Below are positions 52,735 through 64,000 of a stretch of DNA of 64,000 bases, piece after piece (positions within the stretch are counted from its first letter, which is position 1; every line of letters starts with the position of its first letter). The notes beneath the pieces were generated by a model. The model searched no databases. It saw only the letters and a program-made list of their open reading frames with translations, and was not told the origin of the DNA. The stretch is from Atractiella rhizophila. Its lineage: Eukaryota. The stretch covers positions 53,683-117,682 of the forward strand of contig MU271188.1 of NCBI GenBank assembly GCA_021432655.1. The letters run 5' to 3'. Made by a program: the position numbers and the translations under genes.

Positions 52735-55700
52735 CTATTTCTTCAGCGTTCTTTGTTTCTCGGCATGCTCTACAACTCTTCGTTCTACAAACAAGCCCTT
52801 GAGGGATATTAGCGATTGTTTGACAGTGAGGAAGGACAGAGTATCCTACCTTCCGTTTCCGCACAGCATCCATATACTTCTTTGCTACGTTCTCCCTGTC
52901 CGACTTTTCTCCTAAGTCTTCTAGCTCTTCCTCAGTCGTTGGAACCCAGAATGGATCCAGGTCTAAGATTTCGAACCTTTCATGAAAATATGAGCATTCA
53001 GAAGCAGGAGAGAATTGACTTGCCCATGGAACACTAGTTGCGGACTGGCTGCTCCAGACGTCTTTTTACGAATATCTGAGCCCAAAAGAATAAGGACCGT
53101 TGAAGACCAGTGGAAATGCTTACCAGCAGCGAATCCCCAGCTCTCGACAACTGGTATCAAAGCCCGAACTGTGAACAAAACGGTACCATCCTTCATTTCC
53201 TCCGATATAATTTGTCCGCGTCGTCGTGCAACAACGCCATAGACCTTTCCCAACACCTCGGCTGTGGATACAAATCAATACCCATGTCTACTTCAAGATT
53301 CATTTACGCACTAGTAGCCTGAATATCGCACGAATACATAGCGAGAGCAAGGCGAGGGGACCAATCGAGCATGGAGTTTCGGAAAGCCTCTTGGGTTGAA
53401 GAGATGAGGCCGCCCATGAGCTGATGACGGTTGAGTTTAGCTGTACATCGATATAAGTGAGATTGAAGGGCTTGAAAGGAAACATACAATGATCGAAGGG
53501 TTTCATTTCCACTTTTTCGACGAAAAAAGACATGCCATAGACCGGCTCGTGGCACAAAGGTCCCTTCCCAGTTGCGATTTGGAAAGCTGAATCAAAAGCA
53601 TCATCCAAATCACGCAGGCTCAGCGGCGCATCGTTAGTGGCGTCACTTTCAAGTCCTTGTTGCACTTCTTCGAGGTCAAGAGTAGAACCGTTTCTCATAG
53701 CAGTTTCTCCACGCGAAGCTGGTGCCGAATGTAATCTCGCTAGCTTTTTCCTGAGCCTGCAACAAGGGGATGTCATGGAGTAGAAATGAAATAAAAGTGA
53801 AAGCGCACGATTTCTGCCCCCCACTTACACGATCTACTAATATGTTGGCGCCGATTCGCTTTGGCCCAAATGCCCATATACTATCTCCAATTCCCTTCCA
53901 ATCTCTTCCACACTGCTCTGCAACCTTTTCCAGCTCGCTCCAAAATTCTTCCGACGAGAGTTCCTTCTCTGGAGTGACTCCACCACGATTTGAAACGTCT
54001 AAATCATCCTCTAGTGTCTTTCGTTGCTCACTGAGAAGACCTTTTATCGTCTTTGGATGTGTCTGCAGGAAGTCCAATAAAGGCGAGGGAAGCGGAATGG
54101 CTCGAATAGTGAACGACAGTACTCCGTCGTGTACAGTTGTAACAACTGTCCCTCTACGGCCATCTGGAGCCTTGGTAGGCTGCATCTCTAATCTTCCGTC
54201 AACTCTCATACTAAAGCAACAACGCTGACCAACCTGCAGTCCGGATAGCTGTTTCACGGAAAGGCACGATAGGTGCAGATGCAGTGATCTGAATCTTCGC
54301 GAATCTATCTCTCAAATCATTGAGACATCGCTGCAATGGGCACTCGATCAGTCCTTTTCCATTTGACAATGTTCCCATACCTCAAGATGAAGCTCTCCTG
54401 CACCCAAAAGGACGTGCTCCCCCGTTTCTTGCACAAAAGTCTCAACGCAGGGGTCCACTTGATTCAAGAGACGAAGTCCTTCGACCAATTTATTCATCTC
54501 TGCTGTTCCAGGGATAAACAAAATGTAGGCAGAACAGAATGGACGCACAAAGTTTTTTGGGTTCTACTGCAATTCGAACAATCGGTGCGGACTGGCGCCT
54601 TCATCAGAAACATAAGTTGATCATCAAGGATTTCAAACCTGAGTATCAACGACCGCAAGATTGACAAAATTTCCCACTTCTCCTGCCATCAAGGTGCCAC
54701 TCTTCAGAATCTTGCCCTCCAATCCACCGAGTCCTACAACATCTCCGGCAACGGCTTCATTTAATAATAACAACTCCCTCCCCATGATGCGATAGATATC
54801 AGTGATTTCCGTCTTTGAAATGTATGGAGCGTTGAGGGGATGATCCGATGGAAGTGCGACATTGTATTTTGGAAGGATGCAACTGACTATATCCCCTTTG
54901 TGCAAAGTTCCGCTGAAGACTCTGCAAAAACCTATTAGATTCTCTTCTGGACCAGAAATCGTCCCATTCGCTCCCGGGAGCAGTGTTTCCCTAAGTTCCT
55001 CATCTCCAGCCGTCGAACCAGCCAGAGTTGAATCATTAGATGCAGCCAACTCTTCCTCTCTCCTTCTTCTGGCGCGTTCCCTCATCTCGTCTGCAGTCAG
55101 TTGTTTGCGCTGGTTTTGTGGAAGGTCGGCAGATTTAATGACGACGATTTTGCTGACGAATGCAATGAACGTGCCGTCCTTCGAAGCACCGTAAAGGTCT
55201 TGTTCAATGGTGTTGCGCGGTTTCAACTTGTCCCTCTCCTCATCAGTGACTTTCCACGGCACTGCCGTCGCGCCAGACAGATCATGATGGATAATTTTGG
55301 GGAGCCGTATCGATTGCGAGATTGTCGGAGGCGGAACATGATCGATTATGGTTTGGAAGGTGAGCGGGGGAAGGGGCAACCACTGCGAAAAGATGGACTG
55401 AAGGAGAGGACGAGGTTCCTTATTGAAAGACCGAAGATCTGGAGGCCGCACTTTGATCGATAAGGAGGTGGCTATCTTTTGGACCTTTTCGGCTGACCTT
55501 GAGAACCTTTAGTGGCGATCCACACAACAGAACAAACCCACGGATTGATGACAACAGCGTCATACACCGCCCAAATATTTTCCAAAATAAATTGAACAAA
55601 CATAAGCTTCAGCTTCCCCTTTCGCTTGACAGCTTCCTTGTCAAGCGCTTTACCACTAACCACCTTCTTATTCTTCGCGTCCAAATACCACTCTCCCCAA

Positions 55701-57772
55701 AAGACCTTAATAAGCTTCTGCTCGGGGATTTTGAGTTTGGAAGCGTAAATCTTGGCAAAGGAAGAGAGGGAGAAAGCAAGTCCATCGATAGCGGAAGAGA
55801 AAATGACGTCTCCAAGGGTAGGATCGAAGTACAAGGACGAGTCGTCTGTTTCTTCGAAGTTCTCGTCCTCTCCATCCTCCATTAAGACTTCGTCACCGAC
55901 AGCCATCCGTCGTTCTCGTTCCTCACGCCACTTTGTATCCTTCTCCATCCTGTCACCTTGGAAAAAATTGCCCATCACTGCGTTGACTTGCTGCAGCAGC
56001 TTGTTCAAATGATGATAAGCTTCGTTTGGCGTGAATTTAAGCTCCGTTATTAATCGATCGAGCTTGTTAAACACTAGAATGGGTCGGAGGGAGGACATGT
56101 ATGCTTGTTGAAGCACAGTGATAGTCTAGTAGTCCGTTGAGCATTCTGAAAAAGAGTGAAGAGGTACGCTGACCTGAGTGCAAACGCCTTCAACAACATC
56201 TATTAAGACCAGGCATCCGTCACACAACCTGGAAGCAGAAAACACTTCAGAGTAGAAATCAACGTGTCCCGGGGTATCGATGAGGTTTATCATATAGTTC
56301 TCGATATCTTCTCCATCAGCCTTCTTGCGAATGATGCGGTATTTGAGGCTGACGCTTGAACTTTTCATCGTTATCCCCCGCTCTTGTTCATCTTCTCGCG
56401 AGTCGAGGTACCTTTATCATCTCCATAAATTTCAGTTTCAGGATCATGTATTGACAACATGGCGCACCTGATGTTGCCCACCAGACGGTTCGAGATGATG
56501 CCGTTTGAGGCGAGCAACGAATCAGCGAAGGAAGATTTGCCGTGGTCGACATGAGCTGTACGGATGGATTAGCAATTCTGAAGTAAGTAGGGTGCTAGAG
56601 TCCTGATTTCCAAAGAATTGAGGATGCAAGTACAAAAGATGTCAAGTGTGGACGGAATGAAAAGAGGAGGCTAGGGAGAGGAGGATCATTATCAAGCACT
56701 TTCGAAATCTGTTTCGCAACTGGACAGTTATCACTGATCCATCTTCAAGGGCTCTGGGCGCACGTAGCATTCCTTTAACATATAAAAGACAATAAGCGTC
56801 CGCCCTCGTCCCCCTTTTTCACATGCTTCTGCATTATTCATCTCCCAGTTCCCTCAACTCTGACATCTACTTAAAAGGTTCCGGATTGCGTGCTACCCAT
56901 CCTTTTGCCCATCCTTTTGCCCATCCTTTTGGCCAATTCGTGCCACGCGACATGAGTGCATTCTTCTGTCGAGGTAAGGAAAGTGTGCAGTACGCCAAGT
57001 TTATTAGGCTTATTCAAGATCCAAGGAAAGGACATTGCTCTCAATGAATTGATGAAAAGCGTATTCCTCGTGAAGCAATAACATTTGCCTCCGGAAATTA
57101 CTTATCGTCTTCAGGTATGGAAATTCTGGCTGCCTGATGGCAGAGAGATGACGCGGAAGTAGTCGATATGCGACACCTCTGTCAAGGTAATTTGTTGGGA
57201 TTTCGAAAGAGAGAGCGACTATGGCCATAAACAGCTGCACACGGGCAATAATTCTAAACCAAAGTCGCTCAATCTCACGATCGCAACGGTTACCTCATCG
57301 TCAACTTCTTAAACTCCAACATGAGCGCGGCTTTCCAAGAGGATGCCTTTATAACCATTGTCATAGCCTTTGGAATTGCTGATAGTCGAAGGAGCCACAT
57401 CGCAGGTCAGAGCCCGGAGGGTCATTGCTACGGGATTTAGGTAGAGTAGCTCCAAGCCAACCTGTTTGTTTTAAATCCAATCCAGCTGTACAATCTAAAC
57501 TTCTACACAAGACCTCTACATTATAAAACCACAAGGGCATGCTTGTAATTTGAAGAGTCAAGGCACCATAATGACACTAGAAGAAAAAATAAAGAACAGT
57601 TGCAGCAGCATGAACTACACGGAAAGCGGCCTAGTCAAAATCAGCCATCAATAGCTAAATGATGCTATTGTGCGTTTGCCATCGACGAACTGCGAGAAGT
57701 GGAAAGTTGCAGAAACTCACCCAAGATGCAAACATTCCTAATGTTCTCAGGATTCACCTGATACGAATCCAT
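52735..57772 (-). CDS. EFL1: Elongation factor-like GTPase Efl1/Ria1 (60S maturation)
   Basis: [75 protein letters not shown] and [13 protein letters not shown]. Confidence 0.95.
56896..56931. repeat. 12-bp tandem repeat (CCCATCCTTTTG)x3
   Basis: Three perfect copies, read directly inside EFL1 intron 1. Confidence 0.9.
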
Positions 57773-57915
57773 CTTTATCAGCCTGTAGATTCCTTCTGGA
57801 CCTGCGCTATCTTTCCTACAACTTTTTGTTTGTTCAATCGTGACTCGGTTAGGCCCCTGAGCCCAGCGGTCCTCTCCGCCCCTCAAGTTGCTGCTTCCTC
57901 TCACCACAGACGAAG

Positions 57916-60485
57916 ATGGCACTCTCGTTAAACGATCCTGCGCTCACTGTCCCCCTTGACAAAATCATCGGGGGCGATCCGCATACCGACTGGGTTATCT
58001 ACACATACGGAGTGGGCAGCAATACGCTCAGGGTTCACTCTGAAGGAGGAGATGGTCTGGAAGAGTTTGTCGAGGAGTTCGCGAGTGGAAGGATACAATG
58101 GGGGTTTATCAGAGTCAAGGATGAGGTAAGAGGAGGCGAAAGACTGGTCACTGTCAACTGGGTGCGATTCCCTTGCTTTCCCGCCATTCTTCGGGGAAAG
58201 CTGATAACATAGGGCAGTGCGGTGAAGGCGTCCCTTCCGATCGCAAAGCACTGTTCTCTAGCCATTCAGCGACCGTAGCAGAGAGGCTCTTGAATAAGAG
58301 CCATATCAGCATCAATGCAAGAAACGAAGGAGACATCGATGTGGATGCTATCAAGAAGAAGATTCAAAGCTCCGGTGGAAGTAGCTATGTCACGCCGGGT
58401 GCGAAGCCTGGAGTTGGAAACAGAAGTGCGCTACCCGCTGAAAGACCTGCGCCTGTGGTAAGTCTTCTGTTCCACCTGCGTAGAGACGAGAGAAGTGCCA
58501 GGCTTGGCGATGACTCCCTAGCTTTGATCTTCCGCCGATGTTTTCATCCTGCAAGACAACCTTACAGCTCGCGTATTCGCGAAATCGGGCTGTCGCATGC
58601 TCGACCTCGTATATACGACATAATCCCCTTCACAGGTCGAAGTGTCCTTACGTTGTGTCGTTGGGATAGGGGTCAAGTTACCAGCCCATCGGGCGTCCCG
58701 ACATCTCCTCAATGACAGCCGGCGTCGCAAAGCCGCCACCTCCTGCGCCAGTTGGTTCGGCATACACCCCAGTCCGGAATGAGCTCTCCTCCATTCGCTC
58801 AACACCGGTGGCACCTGCCGCACCTGTAGGAACGAACTATGTACCGGTACGGAACGAATTGGCAGACATCAAGTCATCTAGTATCGGAAGAGTTGAACCT
58901 GTGGGAACGAATTATCAGAGCGCGAAGAGCGAGTTAGAAATATTGAGGAGCAGTGGAGTCATCGGTGGTGGTGGTGGGAGGGAGCGGCCTGAGCCTGTTG
59001 GGAGCTCGTACAAGCCTGTGAGGAACGAGTTGGACGAGCTACGAAATCTCCAGGTAAATTATTCTCTGTTAAAAAGAAGGAAACATCTGAGACTTATTCG
59101 CAATTGATGTAGCGCCAACCTGTCGGCGTTACCTCTCCCAGTGCAAGCAATGTAAGCGCAGAGAGTAGACCGACGCCTCCTCCTGCTACTACTCGACCGC
59201 CCGTATGCTTTTCATGCTCGGTTCACCGGCTTGAATAGTACTCACTATGCTTCAGCCCGCGGCATCTCCTACGGAAGAGCGTCCCGGCCCAGTTGTGAGT
59301 CTGCCCTTGTTCCACGTCGTAGTCATTGCTCACACATGGACTAACAGGGAACTGCATACACTCCTGTCGCGATGGGTCGTCCTGGAAAGCTAGGCGACCG
59401 TCTCAGCGCCTTCTCCAAACCCGCTGCCCCAACTCCATCCAGTGGGGCCGGAGGAGCCCCGAAGCTGTCATGGAGCGAACGACAAGCATTAGCAAAACAA
59501 AAGCAAGCAGAAGAGGATGCTCGTGCCGCAGCAGCTATTCAAGCATCTAACACCAGGGCCGCACCGGCGACTGGTTCAGGATTTAGAGGTGTTCCCCCAG
59601 CCCCCGCGCCGGCTGCGTTCTCTCCGCCTCCTGCCCCTCCCGCTCCAGTGGCAGCGACACCTATTCCGGTTTCAGTTCCCCAGCCAGATGAAGATGACTT
59701 TGAAGCTCCTCCGCCTCCGCCTCCTCCACCAGCTCCACTAGCTCCGCCTGCCCCAGAACCAGTGGCTGCTCTAGCACAAGGTCTCTCCAGCACACACATC
59801 TCCGAGCCTGCCGGACCAAAAGCTGTCGTGTTGTATGATTACCAGGCAGATGAAGACAACGAGATTACGCTGGCGGAGGGAGAGACAATCGTTATTACAG
59901 AGATGGTGGACGAAGGCTGGTGGAAGGGGATGAGGCCGTCGACTGGAGAAGAAGGACTGTTCCCCGCTAATTATGTAGAATTACAGGAAGACAGTGGTGC
60001 AGCCCAGCCTGAGCCCGAAGCAGAGGAACCCCCTCCACCACCTCCGCCGCCACCGCCACCACCAGTGATGGAAGCTGCTCCTCCGTCCGTCCTGCCCAGA
60101 TACTTTGTGATTCTGTGATGACGAGAACTATGTAGGGCTCCCGCTCCTCCTCCAGCGCCACCTGCTCCACCTGCGCCAGCGGCCGCTGGCTCCCATGCAG
60201 GAGAGCCTCCATTCGCGGCGGCATTATACGACTACACCAAAGATGAGGATAACGAAATCTGTCTGTTGTCTTAATTCACAATCGGATGTACTATTGACCC
60301 GTGTTGCATGTGACAGCATTTTCGGAAGGGGAGACATTGCACTCGATTGAATTCGCGAGCGACGATTGGTGGGAAGGTACCAACTCGAAGGGCGAGAGAG
60401 GATGTGAGTCCTTTAATGCTCCTCATCTTTATTTATTCACGTTGCAACAGTGTTCCCTGCTAATTATGTGGAGTTGAAAGAGTGA
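57916..60485 (+). CDS. ABP1: Actin-binding protein Abp1/drebrin-like (ADF-H, internal repeats, proline-rich region, two SH3 domains)
   Basis: ADF-H (TDWVIYTY..GLEEFVEEF..VTVNWCGEGVP); KLSWSERQALAK; SH3-1 LYDYQADEDNEI..EGWW..GLFPANYV; SH3-2 YDYTKDEDNEI..DDWW..FPANYV. Confidence 0.9.
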
Positions 60486-61153
60486 AGTGACATGATATCG
60501 CTAGAAGGCAAAGAAGGAATGGACTGTTTGAACGTTGGAATGTGGAAATAGTAATCCAATTGAACATGAAAATGAAGAATATCTGTTATAACTTGTGTTA
60601 CTGTCCTTGTTCCCCTAAATCTGCTCGTAATCTTTCGCGGCGACTCGGAATCTTGTTGTCACCCCTCCCGCCTTTCACTATAACCGTAGTTTGGTGGCTG
60701 TGAAGGCGGAAGCAAGGTGAGAGTCATGGCATTGAAGCCGCGGAGTACACGTGACTCGTGTCCGGTCCAAATTTTCGTGTGCGAGTCGTTTCAGTGATCT
60801 TTTCAACAAAGGGATGTCGAATGAAGGTGCTGACAGTTTTTGTTTGCAGTGGGTGCTAGTCACGGGACAGTGGTGATTGACGCACGATTATTGAGCCGTA
60901 CCTTATGACCAGGGACGCCCGCCCGAAGCTTGACTGGATGTTAACCGCTTAGCCTGTCGTTCCGCTAGTCAACGAAGTTCCCTGTACCCTTGCGAGGTCC
61001 TCCTTTCGTCTTTTTGAACACTAGCCTTCTGCCCTTGCAACGACACCTACCTAGGAATTTTGACTACGACGTCTCCGTTTTAGTCAACCGTCGATCAAAG
61101 GGCACGTCCTGGTCCTCATCTCTCCCCTCTTCCTCCAAGTTTCGTGCACAATC

Positions 61154-61874
61154 ATGTTTCTTTTTTCGTCAAACACATCAGAAGCGCTCGGTATTCTTTT
61201 TAACGAATTTTTCAGTACCCCATCTTCCAATTATACGTTTTTCCCGTTGACGTTGCAACTCTCGATATTTTTTGTCTTCGTAACATGCCTTTATGCAGCT
61301 CTAATGTGAGTCCATTGTTTCCCCTCATCTCCTTGCTTGGATGCTAAACAGGTTTTGGGCGTGACGCAGTTATAATCTCTTCTCCTTTGACGATCGTCCC
61401 TCCAAAACGGCCGAGAAAACGCGCCAAAAACCTTTCAAGGGGAAGAAAAAGAAGAGAAAAACTTCTTCAAATGATGTCGAAGAAGAAGATGAGACGGCGG
61501 GACGGATGCCGAAGAACTTCAAGACGGTCGTCTGGCATTATCTACGCGAATGCCTCAAAATAGTTCCAGAGGAAGCATCTGCCTCTATCTCCAAAGCGAT
61601 GGGGACGAACGAAAAGATATCCTCTATCGACATTGTCACCCTTCCTGTCGGTTCCTATACCCCTGTCTGGAAAGACGGCGTTGAGATTTTGCCTAGCTTC
61701 AGGGACGACACTTGGGTGTTGGCGCAGGAATGTCAGTGTGGATTTACGAGCACCGACCGGCGGACCTTACTTCGCCATATTATACATTGTGATATGGAGA
61801 GGAGGAAACAGATTCCTGCAGCACAGGAATTACCTTTGGCGAGGATCGCAAAGTGGTTGACCTGGAGAGCTTAG
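61154..61874 (+). CDS. Orphan protein with an N-terminal TM helix and a C-terminal C2HC-like zinc-binding motif; 2 exons
   Basis: ATG 61154 stays open to donor GTGAGT (~61306) and splices in frame at CAG 61369 into ORF 61506..61874. TM LSIFFVFVTCLYAALIY, a Lys-rich linker, and CQCGFTSTDRRTLLRHIIHC. Confidence 0.6.
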
Positions 61875-62102
61875 GCTCGCTCCATTCTTACTCCATTCTG
61901 GTGTTTCATCTGCCATTGTAATTTATTCGTTCACGACTCAATCTGGAAATAACATTCGCGGATCGAGAAGCAGCGTCGCCAAAAGTTGGTCTCGGTGTGG
62001 TATACAACATATTCTCATCATCCATTGAGGGCTTTGATGGAATACATCCTTCTGCTCCACTTCTTCGTCCATTCTAGCAAGACCACATCTAAATGTTCGG
62101 GC

Positions 62103-63147
62103 TCAAGGAGCCAGGAGCCATGCGAGGGCAACAAAGCTGATTGACGTTCTCACTGCCATTTGCATGCCGAGATTCAAAGAAGGAGCAGATGAATCCACGT
62201 CTTCTTCCTCCGAAGACTGGGATTGTGAGAGAGTGCCAGATACGCTTGATGGCACGGCTCCGGATCCAACTGAGGTGGTCGAAGAACGCGAAACGATCGG
62301 GGTTGAGGAATCTCCCGAGGGCGTCTCGTCGCTCGGTTCTGATGTCTCTTCAGGAACTGACGAGTTGACGGTTGGCGTCTCGTCACTGGCTTCGGTAACT
62401 GTCGTTGCGCTCGCTACCTCTTTGTCGAATTGCACATCAACGCAATAGTAGTACTAGAAACCGCAACACGTTAGGATACCATCATTGTGAGAGAAGGACG
62501 CTGACGTTCTGCGAGAAGTCAGGTGTAGCCCAGAATAATTGAACAACACAATCTCCCGCTTGAGAGCAAGAGTCTCCAATTACTTTGGCAGAGGGGAGCT
62601 TGAAGGTAAGCTTGCTTTCTATCCAATGATATGTAATGAGTTTGAAAAGTCTGAATGGAGAGTAACGAACGATCAGCAGGTGTTTCTCCATCGGTAGGAC
62701 AAAAGTCATCGAAAGTCTTCAAGAAATCTCCAATGACTTCACCCTCCTTCGACTTTGCGCCGTTCACGTCGACAAGAGAAACATTTGCTGGTCCACCATG
62801 AGGGATGGTACAATCGACTCGCATCGTCATCTCGTCCCCAGGTTTCACGACTTGAACGTTCTCCGCCGGCTGGTCATCGAATTGCATCCCTCGACAGAGC
62901 GTGAGAGGACAAGAAGACAGGATAGGGAGCTGTTCTTCAATATGTCCAGTTGCGTCGCTGGTTATTGCGCGTGTGGAACTGGACCCGCAGATAGAAGTCA
63001 ACGCCGCACCCGGCTGGAAAACCGATGTGAGATAACCAGACTCGTCAGAGCAAGGGACACCCATACCTGCCGGATTGGGGGGGATGTGATGGCAGCGTGG
63101 CCCAGCGTCCTGTGGATCTGGAGGAAGAGAAGTAGGAGAAGGAACAT
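62103..63147 (-). CDS. Secreted, probably GPI-anchored LPMO-like copper protein
   Basis: Signal peptide MFLLLLLFLQIHRTLG followed by mature His1 (HAAITSPP); LCRGMQF; PHGGPANVS; CVVQLFW; QN|YYYCVD; Ser/Thr/Glu stalk; hydrophobic C-terminus. Confidence 0.8.
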
Positions 63148-64000
63148 AACGTAGCGTAAAGATGAGCTGAAGAAGAAACAAAAACGCTGCCTGCAGCTGA
63201 CTTGACCAGAGTTCAGAAAGAGATTTGTGGTGGAAAGGAGAAAGGAAAAGTCACTGGCAAGCTAGAGAACCGTAGGTTAAACCATTCCAGTTCTATTTCT
63301 GCCGAACGTCGCCTTGGTGACAGGATCGGATCGACAGGAGCATCATGACGGCAAGGGCTTGATCTTGGGTATAGTCGTTGTTGCGCTTCTATCGTTCCCA
63401 CACCAATGTCTCCGCCACTCACCGACACTTGAGAGGAAGAAAGGAAAAGAAGTGGCCGGATTTGGTGGTTGAAACCAGGCGTCAGACGCTCACGGTATGT
63501 AGCATTCTGTAGATTGGCTGGTCAAAATACACCTGCATATACTGTTGATATTTCTTACCAGACTTTCCGATTCACTGGTTTCAAGTGAACGCTGGATATA
63601 GTAGATTGACACTTGTTGACACGATCAATCCTCCTTAGGCTTTTGACCATTTCAAAGTTATTTTGTCCAAGTGGCATTCTTGAGCCTGTTTTCAGGCAAC
63701 CAATCTATGACAACCTACCATTTACTCTCGATATCAGACTGCGAGAGGCAGGTCATCTCGTAACGAGGGCTGCATTTTAGTCATCATCTCTGCGTATTCA
63801 AGAGTTATCAGAACTCTTCTCAACACAGCCAGGGCTTCAAGAGGGCTTTTCATCTCTTGCTACAATAGTAGAGCTAGAGGGCCGCCGTAGTTTTAAATAA
63901 CATGTCGAGATTGTAGACCAGGTTTGAAACTTTGTATAAATATTGAGATGGTGTTTCTTTTGCTTCAAGTTATCGTAATCGCCTAAAGATACATGACTCC

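Noticed and set aside
58695..58718. ACA plus CAG acceptor at 58718 as an H/ACA end in the ABP1 intron
   Set aside because: Frame analysis puts the acceptor at 58669 (exon GSSYQPIGRPD), so this ACA is exonic.

Overview
Gene-dense, intron-rich eukaryotic DNA from a fungus. GT(G/A)(A/C)GT donors, CTRAY branch points, ~50-70 nt introns and the gene families point to a basidiomycete; the exact taxon cannot be fixed from the sequence. I can support about 23 protein-coding genes, reconstructed by hand across introns: a secreted protein, DUF2461, RPT1, an MFS-type transporter, UTP20, a half-size ABC transporter, a membrane-anchored AAA+ ATPase-like protein, MSS1/MnmE, BUB3, RQT4/zf-C2HC5, an HpcH/HpaI aldolase, seipin, DDI1, an SDR ending in SKL, an F-box/LRR-like protein, a small membrane protein, peptidase M50B, an amino-acid permease, EFL1/RIA1, an ABP1-like protein, a GPI-anchored LPMO-like protein and two orphans. 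No tRNA, rRNA, transposon or CRISPR signal was seen. The most unusual signal is a set of outlier long introns (187-1165 nt) in conserved genes. Several show hand-verifiable nested stems and an ACA triplet just upstream of the branch point, making them candidate intron-encoded H/ACA-type RNAs. The 1165-nt EFL1 intron appears to hold a TATA-led antisense unit. All exon boundaries are manual predictions.
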